A stretch of DNA of 64,000 nt from Selenomonas ruminantium (GCA_015058575.1 SVBZ01000040.1:8314-72313), one strand, 5' to 3'; counted from the first letter of the stretch, positions 38,309 to 49,109 are shown. Notes: a model not told the origin generated them from the letters alone. Made by a program: numbers and translations.

Positions 38309-39811
38309 ATGAAGCTTGCGCCATCGTGTGCTGATTTTTGCCGGCTGGCACAGACGAAGAATCTCATTGCCGTGTCGGCAGAACTCAATATGGATATGGA
38401 TACGCCGGTATCGGTATATTATAAGCTGGTTGATGAACATAAAGGGTTTATCTTGGAGTCGGTCGATACGACACATCAACAGTTTGGCCGCTATTCTTTC
38501 ATCGGCGCTGAGCCGTTTGCACGGCTGCAGGTATTCAAGAACCGTTTGATGATCAAAGAAAATGACTTGATGAAGACCATTGAAGGGGAGCCAGTGGCGG
38601 CAATCCGCCAGTATATGGCAAGGTTTCAGCCGGCTATTGAAGACGCGGCGATTCCGCTTGCAAATGGCGGTCTGGTGGGGTATTTCAATTACGAAATCGT
38701 TGCGACTTTTGACCGGGTACGGGGGATGGACCTTGGCGAGGAGGAGTTGCTCGGGCAGTTCATGCTTTGCCGTATCCTGGTCGTCTATGATGCGCTGCGC
38801 AATCAGGCAAGGCTTATCTATTTCGCGGATATCAAGGCCGGGGAAGATGCTGCGGCTTTTTATCGCAGCATCGAAGCAAAGATGGAATCCTTGCAGCAAA
38901 AGCTCGCGGCACCAGTGAGCCTGCGTATAGAGAAGCCATCACCGCGTAAAGATCGCGTAGATTTCCTGGGCAAGTATGGACAGGTACCGGCTGATTTCCT
39001 GGCAGCTATCCGCGAGGCCAAGGCGCATATCTTTGCTGGTGATATCTTCCAGATTGTGCCTTCGCGCCAATTCCGGCAGAAAATCACCAAGCCGTGCTTT
39101 GATTTTTACCGCCGCCTGCGGCAGGTAAATCCGTCTCCCTATATGTTTTATTTCAACTTTGGCCGTGTGAAACTTGTCGGCGCTTCGCCTGAGATGCTGG
39201 TCAAGGTGACAGGCGGTAACGTCTACACATATCCGATTGCTGGCACGCGCCGCCGGGGCAGGACAGCTGCGGAGGACAGCGCACTGGCGGCGGGGCTCAA
39301 AGCGGACAGCAAGGAGGTAGCAGAGCACTCGATGCTGGTGGATCTGGCACGTAACGATATTGGCCGCATCAGTGAGCCAGGCTCGGTTCGTGTGACCAAG
39401 CTCAAGCAGGTCGAATATTTCAGCCATGTCATGCATATGGTCTCAGAGGTAGCCGGCAGGATAAAAGCGGGCTATACGCCGATGGATGTGCTCAAGGCGA
39501 CTTTCCCGGCCGGGACAGTCAGCGGCGCACCAAAGCTGCGGGCAATGGAAATCATTCATGCGCTCGAGCCTGTAAAGCGTAATACGTATTCGGGGACGGT
39601 TGGCTATATGGATTTTGCTGGCAATATGGATATGTGCATCACGCTGCGGACGATGCGCATCGAAAACGATGATACCGCCGTTATCCAGTCGGGAGCAGGT
39701 ATCGTGGCTGACTCGGTGGCCGAGAAGGAATATCAGGAAATCTTGCAGAAATCCAAGGCGCTGTTTGAGGTAGTGGAGGAGGTGGAAAACGATGTTGTTG
39801 CTTTTAGATAA
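38309..39811 (+). CDS. trpE: Anthranilate synthase component I
   Basis: FILES, GDIFQIVPS, NPSPYM, PIAGTRRRG, EHSMLVDLARND, PAGTVSGAPK; in a trp cluster (PabB not excluded). Confidence 0.85.
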   Translation: MKLAPSCADFCRLAQTKNLIAVSAELNMDMDTPVSVYYKLVDEHKGFILESVDTTHQQFGRYSFIGAEPFARLQVFKNRLMIKENDLMKTIEGEPVAAIRQYMARFQPAIEDAAIPLANGGLVGYFNYEIVATFDRVRGMDLGEEELLGQFMLCRILVVYDALRNQARLIYFADIKAGEDAAAFYRSIEAKMESLQQKLAAPVSLRIEKPSPRKDRVDFLGKYGQVPADFLAAIREAKAHIFAGDIFQIVPSRQFRQKITKPCFDFYRRLRQVNPSPYMFYFNFGRVKLVGASPEMLVKVTGGNVYTYPIAGTRRRGRTAAEDSALAAGLKADSKEVAEHSMLVDLARNDIGRISEPGSVRVTKLKQVEYFSHVMHMVSEVAGRIKAGYTPMDVLKATFPAGTVSGAPKLRAMEIIHALEPVKRNTYSGTVGYMDFAGNMDMCITLRTMRIENDDTAVIQSGAGIVADSVAEKEYQEILQKSKALFEVVEEVENDVVAFR

Positions 39812-40361
39812 CTATGATTCCTTCACCTACAACGTCTACCAACTCTTAGCAGAACTTGGGGCTGAGGTCGAGGTCATACGCAACGATCAGACGTCCGTAG
39901 AGGAAATCCGCCGCCGTGGCTATGCGGGTATCGTGCTTTCGCCAGGGCCGGGCGTTCCGAAGGATGCAGGTATCACCGAGCAGGTGATTCTCGGCATGAA
40001 AGGTGAGGTGCCGATGCTGGGCATTTGCCTCGGGCATCAGGCTATTGGCGAAGTCTTTGGCGGACAGGTGGTACGGGCTGCGGAAATCGTGCATGGCAAG
40101 ACGTCGCCGCTCAAACACAATGGCCAGGGATTGTATGCTGGCTTGGCACAGGAAATTCCGATTGGCCGTTATCATTCGCTGGTGCTAGACAGAGGGACAC
40201 TGCCAGCGTGTTTGACAGTCACCAGTGAACTGGCAGATGGCACGATTATGGGAATCCGTCATACGGACTATGAAATCGAGGGCATACAGTTCCATCCCGA
40301 GTCGATCCTGACGCCGGATGGGCGCAAAATGATGCAGAATTTCCTGACGCGACTGGACTGA
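39792..40361 (+). CDS. trpG: Anthranilate synthase component II (glutamine amidotransferase)
   Basis: DNYDSFTYN, SPGPG, GICLGHQ, QFHPES. Confidence 0.88.
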   Translation: MLLLLDNYDSFTYNVYQLLAELGAEVEVIRNDQTSVEEIRRRGYAGIVLSPGPGVPKDAGITEQVILGMKGEVPMLGICLGHQAIGEVFGGQVVRAAEIVHGKTSPLKHNGQGLYAGLAQEIPIGRYHSLVLDRGTLPACLTVTSELADGTIMGIRHTDYEIEGIQFHPESILTPDGRKMMQNFLTRLD

Positions 40362-40467
40362 GCGGAAAAGATTATCTGGCCTTCCCTGCGGGGAGGGCTT
40401 TTTCTTTTGCCTGAGTGTGCTATAATAGAAGCCGTCATGCGTTTTATGATGTTGAAAGGAAATATTC

Positions 40468-42108
40468 ATGCGAAATATACTGACCAAGGCGGGAATCCTG
40501 GTACTGCTGCTTTTTGTGCTGCTGCCAGCTATACCCGTGGCTGCGGGCAGGCATAAGGCTGCGCCGGCGGCAAAGCCGAAGGCCAGGATCTTGTTCGTGC
40601 CGCAGGACAACCGGCCGACATCCTGCGAGCAGACGGCTGATGTGGTACGCAAGCTCGGTTATGATGTGGTGATGCCCGATAAAGAATTGCTGGGCGGACT
40701 CAAGAAACGCGGCAATCCCGAGCTCTTGTGGCAATGGACCAAAGAGCAGGCAGCTAAGGCGGATATTGCAGTGGTGGCGACGGACTCGCTGCTTTATGGC
40801 GGGCTGGTGGCCTCGCGCAAGCACAATACACCGCTGCCGGTGCTGCAGGAGCGGGCGGAAAGACTGGCAGAACTGCATCGGGAAAATCCTGGTCTGAAGC
40901 TCTACGCCTTTGCGTCGCTAATGCGCACGCCGCGCAGTGGCGAGGCGTCGGGCGGCGAGGACCCCGATTATTATATGGACTATGGGGCAAAGATATTCCG
41001 CTATACGGGTCTTATGGACAAGGCCGAGATGCGCGGGCTCAGTGCCGCCGAAACGGATGAGGCTATGAATCTGGAGTCGTCAATCCCTGCCTGGGTGTTA
41101 GCGGATTGGATGAAGCGCCGGCAGCATAATGTCGATACGACGAAATTGCTCATCGATGCTGTGCGGGCTGGTGATATGGAATACTTGCTGGTGGGCAAAG
41201 ATGACAATGCAAGTCTATCGGAGACCCATCGTGAAAGCCGTTGGCTAAAGACTTATGCCGACGGGATACCAGCGGAGCATTTCCAGCTGGTGGCGGGTAT
41301 CGATGAGCTGGGGCTGCTGCTTATGAGCCGGGCAGTCAATGCTTGGGAACACGTCGTGCCGCAGGTGGCTATCCGCTATAATGCGGGCATGGGCGGCCGG
41401 ACAATACCGACGTATTCGGATGAACGCGTCGAGGCGACATTGCAAACGGATCTGCAGATTGCGGGGGGGAGGCTTGTGGCGGAGCCAGCAAAGGCAGACT
41501 TCACGCTGCTGGTGAATACGAACCCTGATGGTGTCACGGGCGAGGCCAATCATATCCGCGACTGGGAACAGGCACCGCTCAACAATGGACAGGACCGTGC
41601 CGGGACGAATGCGTTCCTGCGCCAATTGCGGGAGCTCTTGCATCAGGGCTGTGCGGTAGGCGTGGCGGATATCGCGTTTACAAACGGCGCCGACAATGCG
41701 CTCATGCGTCACTTGGAGCAGGAGAACCTGTTGTTTTCCTTGCGTTCGTATGCCGGCTGGAATACAGCGACCAATAGCCTGGGTTTTTCCCTGGCTCAGG
41801 GTATGCTCGCTGCGCGCATGCCCAAAGCGGCGGCCAACGCACTGCTATTGACCCGCTATCTGGACGATTGGGGTTATCAGGCCAATGTGCGCACGGCACT
41901 GGCCATGGAGATTGAACAGTTGGAAGATCCGCAGGTGTATCTCTATCTGGGCGATTATGAGCCGTATATGGTGGAGCAATCGACGGCACTGCTGCAGGCG
42001 TTTGCCCGCGAGCATCTGCCGCAGCTGCATAGGCCGGAGACGTTGCGGGTGACGTTTCCTTGGCAGCGCATGTTCATAGCGGATATCCGCTATGATGCGC
42101 AGAACTGA
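40468..42108 (+). CDS. Exported protein resembling the DUF4127 family
   Basis: Signal peptide; VPQDNRP, DSLLYGGLVASR, GIDELG, SYAGWNTATNSLG, RYLDDWGYQANVR; family name recalled, not searched. Confidence 0.75.
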   Translation: MRNILTKAGILVLLLFVLLPAIPVAAGRHKAAPAAKPKARILFVPQDNRPTSCEQTADVVRKLGYDVVMPDKELLGGLKKRGNPELLWQWTKEQAAKADIAVVATDSLLYGGLVASRKHNTPLPVLQERAERLAELHRENPGLKLYAFASLMRTPRSGEASGGEDPDYYMDYGAKIFRYTGLMDKAEMRGLSAAETDEAMNLESSIPAWVLADWMKRRQHNVDTTKLLIDAVRAGDMEYLLVGKDDNASLSETHRESRWLKTYADGIPAEHFQLVAGIDELGLLLMSRAVNAWEHVVPQVAIRYNAGMGGRTIPTYSDERVEATLQTDLQIAGGRLVAEPAKADFTLLVNTNPDGVTGEANHIRDWEQAPLNNGQDRAGTNAFLRQLRELLHQGCAVGVADIAFTNGADNALMRHLEQENLLFSLRSYAGWNTATNSLGFSLAQGMLAARMPKAAANALLLTRYLDDWGYQANVRTALAMEIEQLEDPQVYLYLGDYEPYMVEQSTALLQAFAREHLPQLHRPETLRVTFPWQRMFIADIRYDAQN

Positions 42109-42145
42109 AGAGCAGCGGGAGCAATCCCGCTTTCTTTTTAGCTTT

Positions 42146-42198
42146 AAAGTCAAAAGGTCAGAAATAATATTTGACTTTTTGACTTTAAGCAGTATAAT
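42146..42198 (+). promoter_or_regulatory. clpB promoter with an overlapping palindromic operator of RGTCAAA-type repeats (CtsR-like)
   Basis: AAAGTCAAAAGGTCAGA-N7-TTTGACTTTTTGACTTT overlapping TTGACT-16-TATAAT. Confidence 0.65.
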
Positions 42199-42255
42199 AA
42201 GAATTAGAAACGGAACCGTTCGAATGATGACATGAGATTACGGAGGAAATAGATT

Positions 42256-44829
42256 ATGGGACAGGAAAGATATACGGCTAAGACCCTGGCGGCTTTGCAA
42301 TCGGCACAGCAGCTGGCGGCTATGCGCTATCATCAGGAAATCACATCAGCGCATGTATTGCTCGCATTGGCCAAGGAGCCGGAGGGGCTGTTGGCGACAA
42401 TCTTTGCCGATTGCCAGACGGACATGCCTATGCTCAAGGCAAGGCTGGAGCAGGTATTGAACAAGATTCCGAGCGTCAAGGGTTCAGACCGTCTGGGTAT
42501 GGGCATGGATATGGTACGTGTGCTTGGACGGGCTGAGGAGCTGGCCAAGGCGATGAAAGATGATTATGTATCGACGGAGCATCTGCTGCTGGCAATCGTC
42601 AGTGACGGCAGCGATGAAGTGCAGTCCATCTGCCGCGAGTTCAAGCTCACGAAGAGCAGCATCCAGAGCTCGATCAAAAAGAACCGCAAGCAGAATGTCA
42701 CGAATGAGAATCCCGAGGAAGGTTATAAATCCTTGGAGAAATTCGGCCGTGATCTTACGGAAGCGGCACGCCGTGGCAAACTTGATCCCGTCATTGGCCG
42801 CGATGAAGAGATCCGCCGCACGATAGAAATCTTGTCGCGCCGCACGAAGAACAATCCGGTGCTGATCGGTGAGCCGGGCGTTGGCAAGACGGCTATCGTC
42901 GAAGGGCTGGCCCGCCGTATCGTAGCGGGCGATGTGCCGGAATCGCTGAAGAACAAGACCTTGTACTCCCTCGATATGGGCGCACTGATTGCAGGCGCGA
43001 AGTTCCGTGGTGAGTTTGAGGAACGTCTCAAGGCGGTGCTCAATGAAATCGTCAAATCCGATGGACAGATCCTGCTGTTTATCGATGAGGTGCACACAGT
43101 GGTTGGCGCAGGTGCGGCCGAGGGGGCTATGGATGCCGGCAACCTCTTGAAGCCGATGATGGCGCGTGGCGAGCTCCGCTGCATTGGCGCGACGACGCTC
43201 AATGAGTATCGCAAATACATTGAGAAGGATACGGCCCTGGAGCGCCGCTTCCAGCCGGTTATGGTCGGTGAGCCGTCGGTGGAAGATACGATTTCTATCC
43301 TGCGCGGACTCAAGGAACGCTATGAGGTACATCACGGCGTTCGCATCCGCGATGCCGCATTGGTATCGGCAGCTGTGCTTTCGGACCGCTACATTTCAGA
43401 TCGCTTCCTGCCGGATAAGGCGATCGATCTCGTCGATGAGGCGGCGGCCAAGCTGCGGACTGAGATCGAATCGATGCCAGGGCCGCTCGATGAGATCCGC
43501 CGCAAGATCATGCAGCTGGAGATTGAAGAGCAGGCTTTGAAGAAAGAAAACGACGAGGCATCGAAGGCGAAACTGGATTCGATTGCCAGTGAAAAGGCGG
43601 CGCTGCAGCAGCAGGAAAGCGGGCTCAAGGCAAAATGGGAGAGTGAGAAACAGGCTATCCTGCGCGTCCGCGCGATAAAGAAAGAAATCGATGAAGTCAA
43701 CAGCCAGATGGAGGCCGCCGAGCGGGCCTATGACCTTAACCGCATGTCGGAGCTTAAATACGGCAAGCTGCCTGAGCTGCAGAAAAAACTGGCCGATGAG
43801 GAAAATATCATTGCGGCTAAGTCTAAGGATGAGCAGCTGCTCAAGGAAGAAGTTGGTGAGGAAGATATTGCCAAGGTCGTCAGCCGTTGGACAGGGATAC
43901 CGGTTGCCAAGATGATGACGGGCGAGCGTGAAAAGCTGATTCATCTCGAAGAAGGACTGCACACGCGGGTCGTGGGTCAGGATGAGGCTGTCAAGGCTGT
44001 CAGCGAGGCCATTTTAAGAGCGCGGGCGGGAATCAAAGATCCCAACCGCCCGATTGGTTCGTTCATCTTCCTCGGGCCGACTGGTGTTGGCAAGACCGAG
44101 CTGGCTAAGACCTTGGCTGAGTCACTGTTTGATGATGAACGCAGCATGATCCGCATCGATATGAGCGAGTATATGGAAAAGCATAGCATTGCCCGCCTGA
44201 TCGGTGCGCCTCCGGGCTATGTCGGCTATGATGAGGGCGGCCAGCTGACGGAGGCCGTGCGCCGTCGCCCATACAGCGTCATTCTGCTCGATGAGATCGA
44301 AAAGGCCCATCGTGATGTGTTCAATGTCCTGCTGCAGATTCTCGATGATGGGCGGCTGACCGATGGCAAGGGCCGCGTCGTCAATTTCAAGAATACGGTC
44401 ATCATCATGACAAGCAATCTTGGTTCCCAGGAAATCCTCAACAAGGAGTATGAGGAAGCCAAGGCGGCTGTGGAGGGGATTCTCAAGGAATACTTCCGGC
44501 CGGAGTTCTTGAATCGTGTGGACGATATCATCGTTTTCAAGGCTTTGCAGAAAGAACAGGTTAAGAATATTGCCGCTATCCTCCTGCAGAAACTCGGTGA
44601 GCGTCTGCAGAAGCAGGTAAGGATTACCCTGGGCTGGGATGAAGCTGTCTTATCGGCACTGGCCGAGCAAGGCTTCGATCCGAACTTCGGAGCCCGGCCG
44701 CTGCGCCGTCTGCTCGTACATACCGTAGAGACGGAACTTTCCAAGTCCATTATCCGCGGGGAGGTACAGGAAGGCGATACCGTGAATATCGGCTTTACGG
44801 ATGGTACATTTACCTTTACCAAAGCCTGA
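42256..44829 (+). CDS. clpB: ATP-dependent chaperone ClpB
   Basis: [21 protein letters not shown], coiled-coil M domain, [20 protein letters not shown]. Confidence 0.97.
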   Translation: MGQERYTAKTLAALQSAQQLAAMRYHQEITSAHVLLALAKEPEGLLATIFADCQTDMPMLKARLEQVLNKIPSVKGSDRLGMGMDMVRVLGRAEELAKAMKDDYVSTEHLLLAIVSDGSDEVQSICREFKLTKSSIQSSIKKNRKQNVTNENPEEGYKSLEKFGRDLTEAARRGKLDPVIGRDEEIRRTIEILSRRTKNNPVLIGEPGVGKTAIVEGLARRIVAGDVPESLKNKTLYSLDMGALIAGAKFRGEFEERLKAVLNEIVKSDGQILLFIDEVHTVVGAGAAEGAMDAGNLLKPMMARGELRCIGATTLNEYRKYIEKDTALERRFQPVMVGEPSVEDTISILRGLKERYEVHHGVRIRDAALVSAAVLSDRYISDRFLPDKAIDLVDEAAAKLRTEIESMPGPLDEIRRKIMQLEIEEQALKKENDEASKAKLDSIASEKAALQQQESGLKAKWESEKQAILRVRAIKKEIDEVNSQMEAAERAYDLNRMSELKYGKLPELQKKLADEENIIAAKSKDEQLLKEEVGEEDIAKVVSRWTGIPVAKMMTGEREKLIHLEEGLHTRVVGQDEAVKAVSEAILRARAGIKDPNRPIGSFIFLGPTGVGKTELAKTLAESLFDDERSMIRIDMSEYMEKHSIARLIGAPPGYVGYDEGGQLTEAVRRRPYSVILLDEIEKAHRDVFNVLLQILDDGRLTDGKGRVVNFKNTVIIMTSNLGSQEILNKEYEEAKAAVEGILKEYFRPEFLNRVDDIIVFKALQKEQVKNIAAILLQKLGERLQKQVRITLGWDEAVLSALAEQGFDPNFGARPLRRLLVHTVETELSKSIIRGEVQEGDTVNIGFTDGTFTFTKA

Positions 44830-44885
44830 TATAGCATAAAGAAAAACGGTGGATAAAGTGATTGCTCACTTTGTCCACCGTTTTG

Positions 44886-45731
44886 TTATGGCGTCGGTAT
44901 GAATTTTGCAAGGAAGGTATGATTCCCGTCCAATAGTTCCTTATGCAATCTTGCCAAGGGAGCGAAGATCGGGGCATATTGCAGGCGCAGCTTGAAGCGC
45001 AAGAACGTGTGATTCGTGCAGCCAAAGATAGGTACGCGATTGAGCAGGTAACGATTATCGTCCGGGCTTGCCAGACCATAGTTGACCGTAAAAGCGCCCT
45101 GATAGCCGGCGTCTTTGACCCGCTGCTGTAAATCCTCATCATAAGAACCGCAGGGATAAGCAAGGAAGTTTATTGGTTTTCTGAGCTTCCATTCCAACGC
45201 TTTTTTTGACCCGTCAAGTTGCTTCCAGGTTTCCTCGGGGCTTGTACTGTCAAGCTGGGCATGGGAGAGCGTGTGGCTCTCGAAATTGATAAGCCCGCTT
45301 TCCTGCATTTCAGCAGCCTGGGCCCAGGTAAGATAATTGGGATAGGTGCTGACATAATCCGAGATGAGGAAAATGGTGCCGCGCAAGTTGTATTTCTCCA
45401 AAATGGGGAAGGCGTTGCGGTAATTATCGGCATAGCCATCGTCAAATGTGATGATGACGGGCTTTTCCGGCAAGGGACGGCCTTCCTCCCAGGCGGAAAT
45501 CATCTCGGCAGGAGTGATGGTGTGGTAGCCATTGTCGGCCAGATACTTCATCTGTGTTTCGAATTGATCGGTGTGTACGGTCAGTGCGTTCTCGTCGCGG
45601 TCGTTGATTTGATGGTAGTTTAATACGGGAACGGAATTTGCCGCACCATGCATGAGATAGAGGCAGATGCCAATCCCTGCAAGCAGAACGGCCAGCAAAA
45701 GCATACCAAGCCGTTTTAGCCATGTTGTCAT
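44886..45731 (-). CDS. Polysaccharide deacetylase family protein
   Basis: VLNYHQI, ITFDDGYADNY, ESHTLSH, AYPCG; N-terminal membrane anchor. Confidence 0.9.
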   Translation of the reverse strand: MTTWLKRLGMLLLAVLLAGIGICLYLMHGAANSVPVLNYHQINDRDENALTVHTDQFETQMKYLADNGYHTITPAEMISAWEEGRPLPEKPVIITFDDGYADNYRNAFPILEKYNLRGTIFLISDYVSTYPNYLTWAQAAEMQESGLINFESHTLSHAQLDSTSPEETWKQLDGSKKALEWKLRKPINFLAYPCGSYDEDLQQRVKDAGYQGAFTVNYGLASPDDNRYLLNRVPIFGCTNHTFLRFKLRLQYAPIFAPLARLHKELLDGNHTFLAKFIPTP

Positions 45732-45792
45732 GAAAGACACATCCTTCTGTTGATTTTAATATCCTGTCTAATATATACCAATGTGCTGGTCC

Positions 45793-45873
45793 TGTCAAAT
45801 AATAAAGCCGCCCCAAGGCAAAGGGCGGCTCTATTATTTGACAAGTCAACCGATGACAAGTCAACCGATGACA
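45793..45873. repeat. 21-bp-arm inverted repeat (terminator) plus a 15-bp tandem duplication spanning the NlpC/P60 stop codon
   Basis: TGTCAAATAATAAAGCCGCCC...GGGCGGCTCTATTATTTGACA, then ACAAGTCAACCGATG twice. Confidence 0.8.
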
Positions 45874-46532
45874 CGGCAGGCGCCGGCATAATGGGCAACG
45901 CGGTAATCGCGGGAGAGCGAGTCGTAAGCGATGCCATGGGTGCTGGAGGCGTGAATCATCTGGCCATTGCCGACATAGATGCCGACATGGGAGATATTCA
46001 CGTAGTCGCCTGCAAAAAAGACGAGATCGCCAGGCTGCAGATCGGATTTGCTGACTGGCTGGCCGGCGGAAATCTGGATATCAGCAGTCCGCGGCAGATT
46101 GATGCCGTGTTTGGCATAAACATACTGGACGAAGCCGGAGCAGTCAAATCCGCTGGGCGAGGATCCACCCCATACATAAGGAACACCCAGGAATTGCTGT
46201 GCCGTGCCGATGATAGCGCTGATGCCAGCGAGATATGACTTGTGCTGCACGAATTTCGGCATAGCGCGGTGAAGCAGTGCCTGGTAGGACTGGTCACCGA
46301 CAAGCCCGTCGGCAGTCAGATGATGGTCACGCTGGAATTGGCGGACGGCCTCCTGTGTTGCGGGGCCAAAATCGCCATCGACGCTGACATCATAACCGGA
46401 GCTGGCAAGTGCCTGCTGGATTTCACTGATTTCCTGCCCTGTGTCGCCGAGACGGAAGGCTGCGGCATCGCAGACGGAAGGGATGGACAGACAGAATGTG
46501 GCAGCTAATAATAGACGACCTAACTTATGCAA
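45861..46532 (-). CDS. NlpC/P60 peptidoglycan hydrolase with a PG-binding domain
   Basis: DGDFGPATQEAVRQFQ, GVPYVWGG..PSGFDCSGFVQYVY, HVGIYVGNGQMIHAS. Confidence 0.93.
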   Translation of the reverse strand: MHKLGRLLLAATFCLSIPSVCDAAAFRLGDTGQEISEIQQALASSGYDVSVDGDFGPATQEAVRQFQRDHHLTADGLVGDQSYQALLHRAMPKFVQHKSYLAGISAIIGTAQQFLGVPYVWGGSSPSGFDCSGFVQYVYAKHGINLPRTADIQISAGQPVSKSDLQPGDLVFFAGDYVNISHVGIYVGNGQMIHASSTHGIAYDSLSRDYRVAHYAGACRVIG

Positions 46533-46766
46533 GGGAAATCCTCCTTAATAATATAGTTGATGTTTCATAAATAAGAAAGAATAGGTTCCAATCAAAACCG
46601 AGCCCATTATATCATGTTAGCACCTGACAGGTCAAATAGGTCATAACTTTGCCGAGCATATCCTGGACAAAGGGGCTTTCATTCGCTGCGGATTCGTTTT
46701 ATAATAGATAGGTGCATTTGATTAGGAAATGAAGGCAATCCAAAAATAAAGGAGATATTGCGATTT

Positions 46767-47639
46767 ATGCAAAGAAACGATTTGTGCTGGTGTGGCAGCG
46801 GCAAGAAGTATAAGAAATGTCATGAGGACTTTGACGAGCGCTTGAGTGAGATGAAGTTCGATGTATTTTTGGGACAGTGCCGCCCGCCAAAGAAAATCAT
46901 CAACAATGCGCATGATATCGAGTGCATCCGCAAGGCTGGTGTCATCAATGATGGTGCGCTCGATCTGGCGGGGACGATGATCAAGGCTGGCATGGATACT
47001 GCTACGATCGATAAGGCAGTGCATGACTATATCGTGGAGCGCGGCGGTTATCCTTCCTGCCTGAATTATGAAGGGTTCCCGAAGAGCTGCTGCATATCCC
47101 TCAATGAGGTAGTATGCCATGGTATCCCATCACCGAAGACCATCCTCAAGGATGGAGACATCCTGAACATCGATATCACGACGACGCTGGATGGGTACTA
47201 TGCGGATGCTTCGCGTATGTTTATGGTCGGCAAGGTAAGCCCTGAGGCAGAAAAACTTGTGCGCGTGACGAAGGAGTGCATGGAGCTGGGCATTGCTGCT
47301 GCTAAACCGTGGCATTTTGTCGGCGATATCAGTGCAGCCTGCGGCAATCATGCCCATGCCAATGGCTATACCGTCGTCACGGATCTCGGTGGACACGGTG
47401 TCGGCAAGGATTTCCATATGGAGCCGTTTGTGGCCCATGAAGGCGAAGCCAACACGGGCATGCTGCTCGTTCCGGGCATGGTGCTCACGGTGGAGCCGAT
47501 GATCAATATGGGCAAGAAGAATGTCACGGTTGACGCCAAGGATAACTGGACCGTGCGGACGAAAGATAAGAGTTTGTCAGCCCAGTGGGAGAAGACCATT
47601 CTCATCACGGAGACAGGTACGGAGGTATTGTCGTCGTAA
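46767..47639 (+). CDS. map: Methionine aminopeptidase with an N-terminal SEC-C motif
   Basis: RNDLCWCGSGKKYKKCH; SLNEVVCHGIP, GDILNIDIT, GHGVG, TVEPMIN, SAQWEKT; start could also be TTG 46758. Confidence 0.93.
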   Translation: MQRNDLCWCGSGKKYKKCHEDFDERLSEMKFDVFLGQCRPPKKIINNAHDIECIRKAGVINDGALDLAGTMIKAGMDTATIDKAVHDYIVERGGYPSCLNYEGFPKSCCISLNEVVCHGIPSPKTILKDGDILNIDITTTLDGYYADASRMFMVGKVSPEAEKLVRVTKECMELGIAAAKPWHFVGDISAACGNHAHANGYTVVTDLGGHGVGKDFHMEPFVAHEGEANTGMLLVPGMVLTVEPMINMGKKNVTVDAKDNWTVRTKDKSLSAQWEKTILITETGTEVLSS

Positions 47640-48952
47640 TGACTACGTTCAAGGATTTAGGAATCAGCGACAGCGTTTGTGAGACGCTGCGCTATAAGGG
47701 CATCAAGGAAGCTACGCCAGTGCAGGAGGCGGCTATTCCGCTCGTGCGGGCGGGCCGCGATGTCATTGCACAGGCGCAGACCGGTACGGGAAAGACACTG
47801 GCTTTTTTGCTGCCGATTCTTGAGAAAATCAAGCCCCAGGCTGAAGTGGCGCAGGCGCTGGTCGTGACACCGACCCGCGAGCTGGCCATCCAGATCGCCA
47901 AAGTGGCGGCACTCGTTGGTGAGGCATCCGGCGTGAGTTCGCTGGTCATTTACGGCGGGCAGGATATCGAGCGGCAGAAGCAGAAACTCCGCCGTCATCC
48001 ACAGCTCATCATCGGTACGCCGGGCCGTTTACTCGATCATCTGCGCCGGGGCACGATTGACTTGTCAAAAGTCAACAAGGTTGTGCTTGATGAAGCCGAT
48101 GAGATGATGCGGCTCGGTTTTATCGAAGATGTGGAAGTCCTGCTCAAGGCAGCGGCAAGTGACCGCCAGCTGACGCTGTTCTCAGCGACGATGCCGGACC
48201 GCATCAAGGCACTGGCTCACCAGTACATGCGCGCACCGGAGAATATCAAGATCAAGAGTGAGCATGTCACGCTTGATGCTATCGAACAGGTCATCATCAA
48301 TACGACCGAAGAAGTAAAAATAGACCGTCTCTGCGAATGCATCAACAGTGACACTCCGTACCTTGCGATGGTATTCTGTCATACGAAGCAGCGTGCGCAT
48401 ATGGTCACGATGGCATTGGCAGCCCGTGGGTATCTGGTCGATGAGCTGCATGGTGATTTGTCGCAGGTACAGCGGGCACTGGTGCTCAAGCGATTCCGCA
48501 AAGCAGAGCTGCAGATCCTTTGCGCGACGGATATCGCAGCGCGCGGCCTTGACATCGAGGGTGTTACGCATGTATTCAACTATGATATCCCGCATGACGC
48601 CGAAAGCTATATCCATCGCATCGGCCGTACGGGCCGTGCCGGGCAGCAGGGCAAGGCGGTGACTTTCGTCAATGCGCGCCAGTATGATTTGCTGCGCCGC
48701 ATCGAATCCGGTATCAAGAACCGTATCCGCAAGGAACATTCGGAGCGTCATCATCGCCGGCAGGAGAAACAGGCCAAGATCCTGCAGGAAATCCGGGAGA
48801 AACGCGACGAGAAGAAAAAGAAGAAAAAGCCGCTGTCTAAATATGCCAATCGCAAGGGCAATGCGCATAAGGGGCGCAACGATCGCAGCCGCCGCGCGAA
48901 ACCCAAGGCAAAGACGAATCTTGGACATCGCGCCAAGATGGGGCGTCATTGA
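47639..48952 (+). CDS. DEAD-box RNA helicase
   Basis: AQTGTGKT, PTRELA, DEAD, FSAT, ARGLD, HRIGRTGRAG; basic C-terminal tail. Confidence 0.95.
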   Translation: MTTFKDLGISDSVCETLRYKGIKEATPVQEAAIPLVRAGRDVIAQAQTGTGKTLAFLLPILEKIKPQAEVAQALVVTPTRELAIQIAKVAALVGEASGVSSLVIYGGQDIERQKQKLRRHPQLIIGTPGRLLDHLRRGTIDLSKVNKVVLDEADEMMRLGFIEDVEVLLKAAASDRQLTLFSATMPDRIKALAHQYMRAPENIKIKSEHVTLDAIEQVIINTTEEVKIDRLCECINSDTPYLAMVFCHTKQRAHMVTMALAARGYLVDELHGDLSQVQRALVLKRFRKAELQILCATDIAARGLDIEGVTHVFNYDIPHDAESYIHRIGRTGRAGQQGKAVTFVNARQYDLLRRIESGIKNRIRKEHSERHHRRQEKQAKILQEIREKRDEKKKKKKPLSKYANRKGNAHKGRNDRSRRAKPKAKTNLGHRAKMGRH

Positions 48953-49109
48953 CAGTTACCTATACGTATCACCCGGGAGGCATGCGATCCCCGGGTGATT
49001 TTTTACGCGATAATTGTCAAAAATTTTTCAAAAAAATAATAATATAAGCAGGAATATGATGAAAAAAGCCGAACTATATCCCTGTAACCAAATTAAAGGG
49101 GGAGATTCC

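Noticed and set aside
46616-46645. TTAGCACC half-site suggesting a CIRCE element
   Set aside because: The second half (GAGTGCTAA) is absent
46767-46830. SEC-C motif fused to methionine aminopeptidase
   Set aside because: Familiar architecture in anaerobic Firmicutes; not unusual
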